Positions 27,413-36,628 of a stretch of DNA of 64,000 nt are shown here, one piece after another. The stretch spans positions 330,193-394,192 of IMG/VR virus record IMGVR_UViG_3300047994_000374; one strand, given 5' to 3'. The notes below the pieces were generated by a model. That model worked only from the letters and a program-made list of their open reading frames with translations. It did not search any database and was not told the DNA's origin. The position numbers and the translations under genes were made by a program. How positions within the stretch are numbered: position 1 is the first letter of the stretch; each line of letters starts with the position of its first letter.

Positions 27413-29496
27413 TTCTGCTCCAAAGAATCCATCTGGTTAATGTAAGTAATCATATCTTTAAGAACTGCGCCATGCATACTTTGATCGCTGACATAAGACA
27501 ACATGGGGTATTTTATTTTACACTTTGCTACATATCCAGATAAATTGTATTCTGGATGATCTTTTGCATATTGAGCTAAAGTTTCATCTGTAATCTCTCC
27601 ATACACACATTCATAAAGACGAATCATTTCATGCCCTGATCCATTTTGTCCTTTTGAATTAAAGATCAATTCATCACACTCTAAATACTTTAAATATAAA
27701 CTTTCAGGGTCAGCAATTTTTAATGTCGAAAAATAATTGCGAATATACATTAATCTGTTATTTGGGAATAATCCTTTAAAGAATTGATTTTTTACAAAAT
27801 CTCTTCCCTCACCAAAAACATCTCGGTCAAAAAAAGTTTTCAATGATTCGCAGTCTGAAAATGTATTTTTTATTTTATCCTTGCTAACCGTATCTAAAAT
27901 TCCATAAAAAGAAATATCACCCAGCTTATTGAACAAACTTAAATGACTTACATTGATAAGACGATCATTTACTTTAATGAGCTTTATGCTGGGATTATCA
28001 CTATCCAAAGTCAATTGACACAATATTTTTTTATTTTTATCTTCTTTAATTGATTTAAGGCTTGCTTGAGTAAATTTCCACCGATCAAAGTAAAAAACAA
28101 CGAGACGATCCTTTTTGGGAGCAGGCTTTGGATTCTTGGTAAAGATACTTGATAATTTTTTATGCCCCATCAAATCAAAATGAAAAGCTTGGTTCAGATC
28201 TTCAATCTTATAATCTTTATGAAGTTGAACAACATAGAGACCATCAAGTTCAGTATTTTCAAATGCTTTTTTAATATGACGATAGGTTGGTCTGTCAATA
28301 TCACAATCGTTCAGGTAAATATCTGTATTTTCTTCAAATGTGATGGTTGATTTGTGATTACCACCGTATTTTGAGTGTTTGGTATTATTTCGTTTAAAGT
28401 AGTATAAGGTATTTGCACCAACCCCAAAACCACTGTCAGGAGCCATACGAGCATCATTCCAAACGAATTTTTTCCAAATGGTATCGTTAGTATTTTCAAT
28501 AATATTTTTGCGAATTGTATTTAAAAGTAATGCATTTGCTTGCCAAAAAGTTGGACATGCAGAAATTTGATCTTGAATAGTTTTATTAATTTCCTCGCTC
28601 ATAGTTTGAAGACGATGGATAATAATTTGTTTCGTTTGATCGTCGAAGTAAAGTTGCTCTCGACTGGCGGAAAGACTAACCTCTCCGTTCTTGAAATAAA
28701 GAATTGCATTCCCTTTGATGTAGCGGGGTAAATTAATTTTAAATTTTGAAGTAGGATCAATATGGTAAATGTCTAATGGATATTCAATACCATCAACGAT
28801 AACTTTAACTTTTCTATTGTAGGATAATTCGGATTCAATTGCCCATGTATCCCCCTTTAAAAGAATAACCCGATCTGTCCAATTAATTGTTGTACCCTTA
28901 ATGATTGGTTTAACATCCCAATATTCACAGGCTTTTCTGGTGGAATCAATGAATAAATAAAAGTCCTCTTTCTTTACGGGAATCTGAATTTCAGTTCCAT
29001 TACGCTCTGTGGTTGGCTCTTGGAAAAGAAGTGCAAGCTTACCGACCTTGGTTTCATCGATATAACATGAGTAATTGTATTTTATTTTATCAAAAATGGT
29101 AATAATATTAAACGAATCGGAATAACTAAATGGAACTTTGCTTCCCAAACCAAATGCACCACTGAGTTCATTGGTATCACGCTTTGAAGATATTCCGTAT
29201 TTAATAAAAATATTTTCAATGCGATCGGGAGAAATGCCAATGCCCGTATCCTCAACCTTAAAGTAAGGCTCAAGGGTAGTGGGCAATGTAATCTTGATCG
29301 GAATTTCAGCACGCCCTGCTTCACGCATGGCATCTCGGGCATTGCAACTTACTTCCCGACAAATGGATCCGATGGGGTCTGAATACATTTTCGATCGTAA
29401 AATATCAAAAATAAAACTTTCGTCACCAATAGAAAAAGATTTGTCGCATAAATCATTATTAACTACAATAGGTAATTTGCTTTGTGGTAATTTCAT
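27409..29496 (-). CDS. rIIA-like protein with N-terminal GHKL (Hsp90-like) ATPase
   Basis: MYSDP..SICREVSCNARDA, DTGIG, YG.SSKR, GAFGLGSK, NGTEI; start placed at MKLPQ because upstream in-frame codons lie inside the IsrB element. Confidence 0.8.
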   Translation of the reverse strand: MKLPQSKLPIVVNNDLCDKSFSIGDESFIFDILRSKMYSDPIGSICREVSCNARDAMREAGRAEIPIKITLPTTLEPYFKVEDTGIGISPDRIENIFIKYGISSKRDTNELSGAFGLGSKVPFSYSDSFNIITIFDKIKYNYSCYIDETKVGKLALLFQEPTTERNGTEIQIPVKKEDFYLFIDSTRKACEYWDVKPIIKGTTINWTDRVILLKGDTWAIESELSYNRKVKVIVDGIEYPLDIYHIDPTSKFKINLPRYIKGNAILYFKNGEVSLSASREQLYFDDQTKQIIIHRLQTMSEEINKTIQDQISACPTFWQANALLLNTIRKNIIENTNDTIWKKFVWNDARMAPDSGFGVGANTLYYFKRNNTKHSKYGGNHKSTITFEENTDIYLNDCDIDRPTYRHIKKAFENTELDGLYVVQLHKDYKIEDLNQAFHFDLMGHKKLSSIFTKNPKPAPKKDRLVVFYFDRWKFTQASLKSIKEDKNKKILCQLTLDSDNPSIKLIKVNDRLINVSHLSLFNKLGDISFYGILDTVSKDKIKNTFSDCESLKTFFDRDVFGEGRDFVKNQFFKGLFPNNRLMYIRNYFSTLKIADPESLYLKYLECDELIFNSKGQNGSGHEMIRLYECVYGEITDETLAQYAKDHPEYNLSGYVAKCKIKYPMLSYVSDQSMHGAVLKDMITYINQMDSLEQK

Positions 29497-30542
29497 CCAA
29501 AAATGTGCAAGGATACCCACGGCTTTAGGCGTGGGAGGAATTGCACCCTCCGCTTTGTTATATGGATCATTTTAATCTCTTTCAAATTGACATGTTGTTT
29601 AATTCTTTTACCGTTAATTATACTATGTATCGCTACTTTGCCTTTTGATGTGCCACCAAGGTATACTAACTTGTCTTTGTATTTTATGACGCTTCCTCTG
29701 GATATACCTAAAGAAACTGTACTGCCATATGCTTTTCTTACATTACTTTTCTGGTTGTTCTGCACATGAATTTGTCTTCTATAATATTCAAGAAACTCTA
29801 CCTTATACATCCCATAATAAGGCTTAATTTTAGATTGTAAAGCCATTTCTGCTAAACTATGGGAATCCACATTATGCGCTTCCCATACATAATCTAGCTT
29901 ATTTTTAACCTTCTTGTAGTTATGAAGATCTCGATGTTCTTTTGTAGAGTAACCTTCTGTTTTGATAAGTGTAATTTTTAATTGTTCTACTTGAGAGTAA
30001 AACCAATCCTTACCTACTTCAAGGGGAGAAAAAGAAATGTTCCATTTCTTTTTTCCTTCTTTTGATAGGGCTTTGATGTCTTCCACATTAATAATAGTAA
30101 TAGGAATTATTTTAAGAAGTTGTTTGATAATTCTTAATTTAGCTCCCCATCTTGCCCTGGTAGATGGCGGAATACGATCTATATTTCGTAGAGATGATCT
30201 GTTTTCTCGATTAGCTCTGTATGGCGTTTTTCTTTGTCTTCTTGTTCTTCTTAAATTTCTTCTTGTTTCTACATGAGTTTTAACCCAATCAGGAGTATTG
30301 GTTGTCATATTTAAAATGATCGCTTTACTTGTAGCTACTGTATAACCCTCTCGTTTACTTCCAGGATCGATACCTAATGCTACTTCCTGATAGTTTCTAC
30401 TGGATGGTTCTGTAAGAAGCTTAATACAGAATATACCTTTTTGCCAATAAGCCTTTGCATGACCTTTGGACATAAGCTGTCTTGCTCGCTTCTCGGAGCA
30501 AGGCATCAACGGAATATTACTTGTATCAACTACTGGAACCAT
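29493..30542 (-). CDS. isrB: IsrB RNA-guided nickase (PLMP + RuvC, no HNH)
   Basis: PLMP, RuvC-I GIDPG, Arg-rich bridge helix RRNLRRTRRQR, RuvC-II VEDI, RuvC-III HNVDS; 349 aa with no HNH insert. Confidence 0.85.
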   Translation of the reverse strand: MVPVVDTSNIPLMPCSEKRARQLMSKGHAKAYWQKGIFCIKLLTEPSSRNYQEVALGIDPGSKREGYTVATSKAIILNMTTNTPDWVKTHVETRRNLRRTRRQRKTPYRANRENRSSLRNIDRIPPSTRARWGAKLRIIKQLLKIIPITIINVEDIKALSKEGKKKWNISFSPLEVGKDWFYSQVEQLKITLIKTEGYSTKEHRDLHNYKKVKNKLDYVWEAHNVDSHSLAEMALQSKIKPYYGMYKVEFLEYYRRQIHVQNNQKSNVRKAYGSTVSLGISRGSVIKYKDKLVYLGGTSKGKVAIHSIINGKRIKQHVNLKEIKMIHITKRRVQFLPRLKPWVSLHIFG

Positions 30543-30822
30543 TATTTCTTTCTTTTAATATACATCTAGAGTTCCCTTACGGGACTTGTTCAACTCGCTT
30601 CGACATAGGCAGATCGTAGAGGAGAAGGACTAGCGAAATATCCTTAACATACCTTGATCGATCCTTACCATAACGGATCAGATCTGCTTATTTAACATAT
30701 CAATTTGATTTTTTAACATCTCCTTTTCTGTTTTTGTCTAGAACAATAGTTTAGTCTTGATCAAAGCTAGTTGGTTAGATTAGCTCGCACAAGCCCACGG
30801 CTTTCAGCCGTGGGTTATTGAC
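29497..30822 (-). mobile_element. IS200/IS605-superfamily OMEGA element carrying isrB (non-autonomous, no tnpA)
   Basis: 5' end GTCAATAACCCACGGCTGAAAGCCGTGGGCTTG hairpin; 3' end CCTCCCACGCCTAAAGCCGTGGGTATCC hairpin; followed by ATGA. Confidence 0.8.
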
Positions 30823-30842
30823 TGTCTCAGTCGCGCTTGTTC
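30543..30842 (-). ncRNA. omegaRNA (5' guide from flank about 30842-30823, then scaffold)
   Basis: About 280 nt structured non-coding region between the element 5' end and the isrB ATG, as expected for IscB/IsrB loci; boundaries approximate. Confidence 0.65.
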
Positions 30843-30904
30843 ATTGAAAAGAATAGTCCAACAGATAATGCTACACATAAAATAAAGAATCCGAAACCAG
30901 TCAT
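30827..30904 (-). CDS. 25-aa single-TM peptide
   Basis: MTGFGFFILCVALSVGLFFSMNKRD; AAAGGA SD; TTGACA-N16-TATGTT upstream. Confidence 0.55.
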   Translation of the reverse strand: MTGFGFFILCVALSVGLFFSMNKRD

Positions 30905-30971
30905 TGATCACATCCTTTAGCGATCATTAACATAGTCTCGGATTTTCTATTGTCAATCCAACTTATTTATT

Positions 30972-32702
30972 TTAAGCGCGAATCTGCATTACCCTACCGA
31001 ACGGCGGCGTGAAATCAATGTAGCCAGAAGTAATAATCCAATAAACATCAATACCTGGATCGCGCATATTGGCTACATCTTGCATATCCAAATAGCCATC
31101 TGTAAGAACAATCAAAAAATCACATTTACCAATTTCTTTTTCATAATCAGCAAAGAATGGGCTCCAAATAGTTCCTCCGCGTCCCTTCGGAGTAATTTTT
31201 GATAATTCTTCTGGTTTGCAGGTTTTAATTTTTAACGCATCATTCCAATAAATTTCGGAATCGGCGCATACTAAGGTTCCTTCAGCCCTATCGTCGAGAC
31301 TTTGTAGTTGAGAAATTCCAAATGCCATGTCTTCTTGACTCATGCTTCCACTTGTATCCAAAAGGCATCCGAAATTAACACTGTAGCTTTTGCGCTTTGG
31401 ATTCATGAGACCTACGAACATAGGGCGACTCTTGAAACGATTCCAGTCATTACGACCATTACCGTTCTTTGCTCGTGAGACTCGTCCACGGAGAACGTCT
31501 TGCCAAGTAACTTTTGGTGCAGTTAATTTACCAAGTTCATCTTCGAGCCCAGCGGGAATGTGGCCTGCCATTTCTTTTGCGGTGCGCATAGCATCCGCGA
31601 GGCGTTTGGCAAGTTTATCTTCACTTTCTTCAGTATCCATATGTTCATCGACTGTGCCACCTCCATTGATCCCAAAAATGTCATAGCCTTCGCCACAAGA
31701 ATCGCAGCTGCCACAACCTTCTCCCGGTTGATCACCTTCTTGCCCATCACCTTCGCCGTTTTCACCAGGCTGATTTCCATGGTCTGGACAATCACACTTC
31801 TCACCCTCACCATGTTCGTGTTGATCGGATTTATCTCCGCCCTCGCCCTTATCACCTTTTTCTTTTTTGTCGCCCTTATCCCCTTTATCTCCAGCTTCGG
31901 CTTTATCGCCTTTACCCTTTGATTTATCTTTACCCTTATTTTTCTGTGGCTTTTGGTATTTACCAACACTTCCACACTTGGGGCACTTTGGAAGAAGATT
32001 ATAAAGGAACTCGTAAATCTTTTCAGGACGCTTCATATCGCCCTCAAGATCTGGATCAGCAAAAAAGAACTTAGTATTCTTTTCTCGCTTCTCAAGTTCT
32101 TGAATTTCTTTTTCGGTCAATTCACGATCTTCGTTTGGTTTTGGAAGTTTGAGCGTAGGATCTGTCGTATCAACAGCATTTGGATCGACATCTTCAAAGC
32201 CTGCAATTTTCTTGAAAGGATCTTTGAGCATTTCGGCATAATTCGCCAAGGTCATATATCGACCCAAATACTTAGTAAAATACTCTTTAGGATCCAATGA
32301 TCGTGCTCTCAAGTCTTCCATAACCATGCCATTGACAATATAATCAACAGCAATGTTCCAGAGCTTCGGAAGTCGACTGCCTCTTCGTTGAGGATGCATA
32401 TAGATTGCGTGCCATGCTTCGTGAGCCGCAATCAAACGCAATCCGATGGCACTTTGCTTTAAAACGAACTTTGGGTTCCAATAAAAGCGTTTTCCATCGG
32501 TTGCGGCAGTTGGCATACTTAAAGTGCAAATATGCTGAACTGGATACATCAGGCTGAAAATAAAACAATCGCCGCCCATTCCTGAGCCAACATTTGTATT
32601 ATTATATCTTGTAGCCAGATCGAGAAACATTTTTGAAAGTTTCACTTCTGCAGCAGCTACAAGCTTTTCATCGACTTTACCAAGAACTTTTGAGAATTTC
32701 AT
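30972..32702 (-). CDS. DUF2201-type metallopeptidase-vWA protein (MoxR partner)
   Basis: TAATDG, HEAWH zincin, WNIA.DY.VN; low-complexity GDK/Cys linker; MIDAS DTSGSM, GRGGT, TDGY. Confidence 0.88.
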   Translation of the reverse strand: MKFSKVLGKVDEKLVAAAEVKLSKMFLDLATRYNNTNVGSGMGGDCFIFSLMYPVQHICTLSMPTAATDGKRFYWNPKFVLKQSAIGLRLIAAHEAWHAIYMHPQRRGSRLPKLWNIAVDYIVNGMVMEDLRARSLDPKEYFTKYLGRYMTLANYAEMLKDPFKKIAGFEDVDPNAVDTTDPTLKLPKPNEDRELTEKEIQELEKREKNTKFFFADPDLEGDMKRPEKIYEFLYNLLPKCPKCGSVGKYQKPQKNKGKDKSKGKGDKAEAGDKGDKGDKKEKGDKGEGGDKSDQHEHGEGEKCDCPDHGNQPGENGEGDGQEGDQPGEGCGSCDSCGEGYDIFGINGGGTVDEHMDTEESEDKLAKRLADAMRTAKEMAGHIPAGLEDELGKLTAPKVTWQDVLRGRVSRAKNGNGRNDWNRFKSRPMFVGLMNPKRKSYSVNFGCLLDTSGSMSQEDMAFGISQLQSLDDRAEGTLVCADSEIYWNDALKIKTCKPEELSKITPKGRGGTIWSPFFADYEKEIGKCDFLIVLTDGYLDMQDVANMRDPGIDVYWIITSGYIDFTPPFGRVMQIRA

Positions 32703-32733
32703 TTAGATCCTATATTCTATATATCGCGAAAGA

Positions 32734-33885
32734 TTATGAGTTAGTTCCGTTAATTGAATCGTTGATATCGTTGATAAACTTCTTCCAATCAGGATGCTCA
32801 TCGAGATTGTGCGTAACGATACGTTGTGGCTGAATTTGACTACGGATCGTAATCAGCAACATCTCATGATCAACATTTTGGAAAAACTTACCAACATGCT
32901 TGAGCGACGCAGGGTGCTCAGTTGATTTTGCCGCGTCCAATTGATTTGCCAAACGGCTGCAGGTAATCATGCAAGTGACGAGTTGTTTGGTGCGCTCGAG
33001 AGCCTTATATTCTTGAAGGACGCTTTTTCCCTTAAAGATATCCTCAACCATTGGAAGAAGCTGACGATAGTGCTCGTAGTAATTTGCATAACGAAGACCA
33101 ACAGACTTACCAACGCAACCAGAAACCTTTGCATTGAGAAGTTCGGTGCTTGCATTCTTTTCTTCACCTTTAAAAAGAATGTTTGAAGAGCGGTGCCAAC
33201 CACGAGGCGACGGATCCGCATAACGATCATCGGGATTTACTTCACCAAACAAATCTTGAGGGTGATCATAAATATAAGTGGTAATGGCAGGGTGAATATT
33301 GCCTTCCTTACCTGCCCACTCGAGCCACGACGAAGCATCTGGCGAAACCAAATACTTTTCTGCGCGGTCAAGGAGTGGAAGTGAAGGACGCGAGCCACCT
33401 TCTGAAATCAAATTGCCCGTCATAATAACTGACTTGAGATTTGGAAGTTTATTTCCGTTGATCGTCTTAAATTGGGTGAATTCAAGAAGCGGAGCCCAAA
33501 GTGAGGGATCTGCCTTATCAACTTCGTCAAGAAGAGCGACGACGTCTTTTGCCCCCTTTCCTTCCGTAAACATAGGCTCGTAAAACTTTGGAAGAAGATA
33601 ATCAACGAACTTCTTCTGTTGCTGTGCTGCCATTACATTTGGAAAGCCACCGAGGTCAACGCGTTCCAAAACTGAAAGATTGATATAAACCTCATGACAA
33701 CCCGACTTTTTAATTTCTTGCTTTGCAATTTCCGTTTTTCCTGATCCTCGACGACCGAAGACGGCGATATTTTCTCCAAAGGTAATACTGGAGGCGATAT
33801 GCTCGGATAGTTGCTTGGTAGTAAGCTTCTCCATGTTGAAATCGGAAACTGACATCGAGGTTGAGTCATCTTTTGCTTTTGCCAT
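32734..33885 (-). CDS. MoxR-like AAA+ ATPase
   Basis: GRRGSGKT Walker A, LLDEVDKA Walker B, TGN, PLLDR, PSPRGW; adjacent to the vWA gene. Confidence 0.9.
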   Translation of the reverse strand: MAKAKDDSTSMSVSDFNMEKLTTKQLSEHIASSITFGENIAVFGRRGSGKTEIAKQEIKKSGCHEVYINLSVLERVDLGGFPNVMAAQQQKKFVDYLLPKFYEPMFTEGKGAKDVVALLDEVDKADPSLWAPLLEFTQFKTINGNKLPNLKSVIMTGNLISEGGSRPSLPLLDRAEKYLVSPDASSWLEWAGKEGNIHPAITTYIYDHPQDLFGEVNPDDRYADPSPRGWHRSSNILFKGEEKNASTELLNAKVSGCVGKSVGLRYANYYEHYRQLLPMVEDIFKGKSVLQEYKALERTKQLVTCMITCSRLANQLDAAKSTEHPASLKHVGKFFQNVDHEMLLITIRSQIQPQRIVTHNLDEHPDWKKFINDINDSINGTNS

Positions 33886-34030
33886 AATTGAAAATCCCTT
33901 AATATAAAATAGTTAATGTTGAATGTTTGTTTGCCGGGTTTGATGTCGGCGATTGGATAAAGTAAGTTAATCAGTTAATTTGAAGCGTCAAGCGGTAAAT
34001 CTAAAATCTAAGTATTTTGTGAAAGTTTGT

Positions 34031-34395
34031 TTATAAAAAAGCTTTAACTTTTGCAAGTTTTTCTACTAAAATGATTGCGTCGGAAGGATCTGTAAATGTA
34101 TCGTTTGAATATAAACGAGCAAGCATATGGGTTGCCGTCTTTTGATATACTTCGGTTGCATTATTTTTAATAAATAAACTTTTCTTCCAAACCCTAACTT
34201 CATAGTAAATTTTATTGGAAGAAAATCTTAAATGAAACCAATTAATAATTCCATCTTCAAGACCAAGTATTTGTGAGTCAGAACATTCGATATCTGATTA
34301 AAGAGGCTGTCATTGGTGAAATGGGAAATCTTTTCTTTCCAATCCTTACTCAATTCGACAAAATGAAACGACAAACAAAATATTAAATAACTCAC
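34031..34395 (-). pseudogene. disrupted member of the C-terminal KAFL family
   Basis: Stop-free frame 34297-34031 ending EKLAKVKAFL*, with no ATG/GTG/TTG near its 5' end; upstream part is in another frame (the 34228..34416 ORF). Confidence 0.55.
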
Positions 34396-34432
34396 AAATA
34401 CCAATAAAAATAGCATAAACTTATATTAAATC

Positions 34433-34741
34433 ATGAGCACTTCACCATCAAAATTATTAGAATTAGCCTCCGACTTTGAAGAGCAAACTACCAGCGGATT
34501 AACCTCTGTTGCTAAAAAAGATGAAAAACCTGCAGTTAAAGGTAAATTCGCCCTTCCGTCAACTCATCTTAAAGTTACTGATTCCAAAGACCATTACCCT
34601 TTAAATTCTGAAAAAGAGGGACACGCGGCTTTAACAGCAACTAAAAAACTCAATACGCTACCATCTTGGTTTAAAGGTTCGCTCGAAGAATTAAAATCAG
34701 CAGTTCAAAAAGCTGTTAAAAAAGCGTTCCCAAAACTATAA
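34433..34741 (+). CDS. hypothetical small basic protein
   Basis: 102-aa ORF with KFALP...DHYPL...HAAL pattern. Confidence 0.7.
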   Translation: MSTSPSKLLELASDFEEQTTSGLTSVAKKDEKPAVKGKFALPSTHLKVTDSKDHYPLNSEKEGHAALTATKKLNTLPSWFKGSLEELKSAVQKAVKKAFPKL

Positions 34742-34742
34742 A

Positions 34743-35093
34743 TTATCCCCAAACTCTTAAAAGCTTAACTTTATTTCGTATTCCTTCAATTCCAAGTTCA
34801 AATGGTATAATTATATCTTTATATATGGTATAGTCATCTGTTTTGTTGAGATTGCGAACTAGAACGCGCTTTAAATCAATATCAACGGTTACCACATAAT
34901 ATAACTTATTTATCGAAAAAGATATTCGATAACTTGTATATTTCAGTGGATTGACGAAATAAAATACATCAAATTGACAATTTTGATTCTTGCATCTCAA
35001 ATATTTCTTAATACCCACTGAAGTACTATTCATAACTTTTTCTACAAGTTTTTTTCTAGATCCACAAACTGGGCATTTGTCAATGGGTGGCAT
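34743..35093 (-). CDS. zinc-ribbon protein, C-terminal-tail family
   Basis: CPVC...C....C; ends KVKLLRVWG. Confidence 0.7.
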   Translation of the reverse strand: MPPIDKCPVCGSRKKLVEKVMNSTSVGIKKYLRCKNQNCQFDVFYFVNPLKYTSYRISFSINKLYYVVTVDIDLKRVLVRNLNKTDDYTIYKDIIIPFELGIEGIRNKVKLLRVWG

Positions 35094-35299
35094 TATTTTT
35101 TAAGTTCAGTTCGAATTGAAATACCATCAACTACTTGCGGAATTTCTTTGCGCACTTTATCGTCAATTTTTAGGGTATGAATAATAATTCCATAACCTTC
35201 ATCCATAAATCCAACCATACTATCCACATACCATGAATAATTAGAAAGTTTCATTTTTAATTTTAGTCTTGCTTGATTTGCGGCATTATAATTTGACAT
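35093..35299 (-). CDS. hypothetical protein
   Basis: 68-aa ORF, TAATG-coupled. Confidence 0.65.
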   Translation of the reverse strand: MSNYNAANQARLKLKMKLSNYSWYVDSMVGFMDEGYGIIIHTLKIDDKVRKEIPQVVDGISIRTELKK

Positions 35300-35308
35300 G
35301 ATATTTTC

Positions 35309-35755
35309 TCACATAAAAGCTGAAAGTTTTAAAACTTTTTCAACATTATTAATTAATCCATTTTCATAGGGTAAGTATATTTTTTCTAACACTATGGGCT
35401 TACCTATTTTATATAGGACGGTTCTTTTTTGATTCTTATTTGTCTGTGAAAGTCTTTTAGTTGAACTCAAACGATAAACTTTATCTTTAAAAATCACGTC
35501 GGAAGTGTAGGATACAATTCCTTCCCCATCTTTTATTCCATATACAATGTCGAAAGTATGGCCTATTGTATTTGGCGACTTGATTGGAGGAAATTCGCTA
35601 GAGACAAGAAACGAATCATCCTGTCCATTTACACATTCATAAATAAATCGGTTATTACCAATCTCTCGTCCAGTCAATATTAGATTACAGAGATGACAAA
35701 AAATCAGCACCCCAAAAATTTTATAATGAATGGAAGCTAACATTTTCTTGATCAT
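35309..35755 (-). CDS. CxxC protein, C-terminal xFx family
   Basis: CHLC; ends VLKLSAFM. Confidence 0.7.
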   Translation of the reverse strand: MIKKMLASIHYKIFGVLIFCHLCNLILTGREIGNNRFIYECVNGQDDSFLVSSEFPPIKSPNTIGHTFDIVYGIKDGEGIVSYTSDVIFKDKVYRLSSTKRLSQTNKNQKRTVLYKIGKPIVLEKIYLPYENGLINNVEKVLKLSAFM

Positions 35756-36324
35756 AAGAATGGTCGCACTTGATTTGAAACGAATTTAATAAGCTTTCCA
35801 TTATGCGGTAAGAAAAAATCCTTATCTTCAGCGCATTCTTTGCAAACACCCTGTTCCGTAATAGTTATTTCGTCTTCGTCAAGTTGAATAGAATAGATGG
35901 CTTCATTTGGACAGTCTTTGATCGTATTGCATCGTCTTTTCAAATAGGCTTCATGAAATTTAGCGCTATTGGCCCAATCTCTATATTCATAAGCTTTTTG
36001 ATCTTCATCCCAAGAAATATTTTCATCTGTAGTGTAATCGGTTATTTTTGGCTTTATAACACATTGCTCAAATAATTTTCTCAAACACTTTTCGCAAAAA
36101 CTAAATTTATAGTTATTGAGATCAAATAAATGATATGAGTTATAACCACCCATAACCGAAACATCTTTTAATCCAGCTGCATCTCCATTATCAATTCCGT
36201 TGATCATTGTCATATCATCGCCGCAAAGATTGCACGGTTTTTCTTGAATTAATCCCGAATCATTACAGGTTCCGCAATAACTGCTACGCCCCTTATAATC
36301 GCAATGACAACAAATTCGCGGCAT
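35752..36324 (-). CDS. Cys-rich zinc-binding protein
   Basis: Several CxxC pairs; ends VRPFL. Confidence 0.75.
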   Translation of the reverse strand: MPRICCHCDYKGRSSYCGTCNDSGLIQEKPCNLCGDDMTMINGIDNGDAAGLKDVSVMGGYNSYHLFDLNNYKFSFCEKCLRKLFEQCVIKPKITDYTTDENISWDEDQKAYEYRDWANSAKFHEAYLKRRCNTIKDCPNEAIYSIQLDEDEITITEQGVCKECAEDKDFFLPHNGKLIKFVSNQVRPFL

Positions 36325-36325
36325 A

Positions 36326-36628
36326 TTATTCCTGAAACAACTTATTAATAATTCCGTCCATGATCATTCCAATTGTCCCGCCCATCAAAATCCACAGAAC
36401 TAAAGATTGAATCTGAAAAACTTGACCGGATAGAAAATAAACAATCCATCCCGCATGACAACCGACACAAAATACGCACTCAAACAACCCAAAGAAGAAT
36501 GTTCCGACAAGGCTATTTCGAATTAAGGTATTGCGAGCCCATGATAAAACACCGAAGGGTCCAGAATTATCTTTGAGTAAATGAGTAATGCCGTAGATTG
36601 AGAATAAGATGAGAAGTGTCTGAAACAT
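36326..36628 (-). CDS. DUF1360-like membrane protein
   Basis: Hydrophobic helices, D.SGPF, C.FC.G.H motif. Confidence 0.65.
   Translation of the reverse strand: MFQTLLILFSIYGITHLLKDNSGPFGVLSWARNTLIRNSLVGTFFFGLFECVFCVGCHAGWIVYFLSGQVFQIQSLVLWILMGGTIGMIMDGIINKLFQE

Noticed and set aside
29497-29520. N-terminal extension MGILAHFW of the rIIA-like ORF, or an IStron interrupting that gene
   Set aside because: These codons are the IS 3' hairpin; the reconstructed empty site is intergenic, so no splicing is needed
29493-30542. IscB or Cas9
   Set aside because: Only 349 aa, no HNH domain between RuvC-II and RuvC-III, and no CRISPR array
31690-31960. Collagen-like or tandem DNA repeat (GDK GDK)
   Set aside because: Short low-complexity linker typical of DUF2201 proteins; not a sustained Gly-X-Y run or an exact DNA repeat
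31390-33869. Many alternative-frame and antisense ORFs in the ORF track (also 619, 4814, 6246, 10434, 25449, 37247, 46661, 55463, 61814 and others)
   Set aside because: They lie within well-supported genes, lack motifs, and are expected as shadow ORFs
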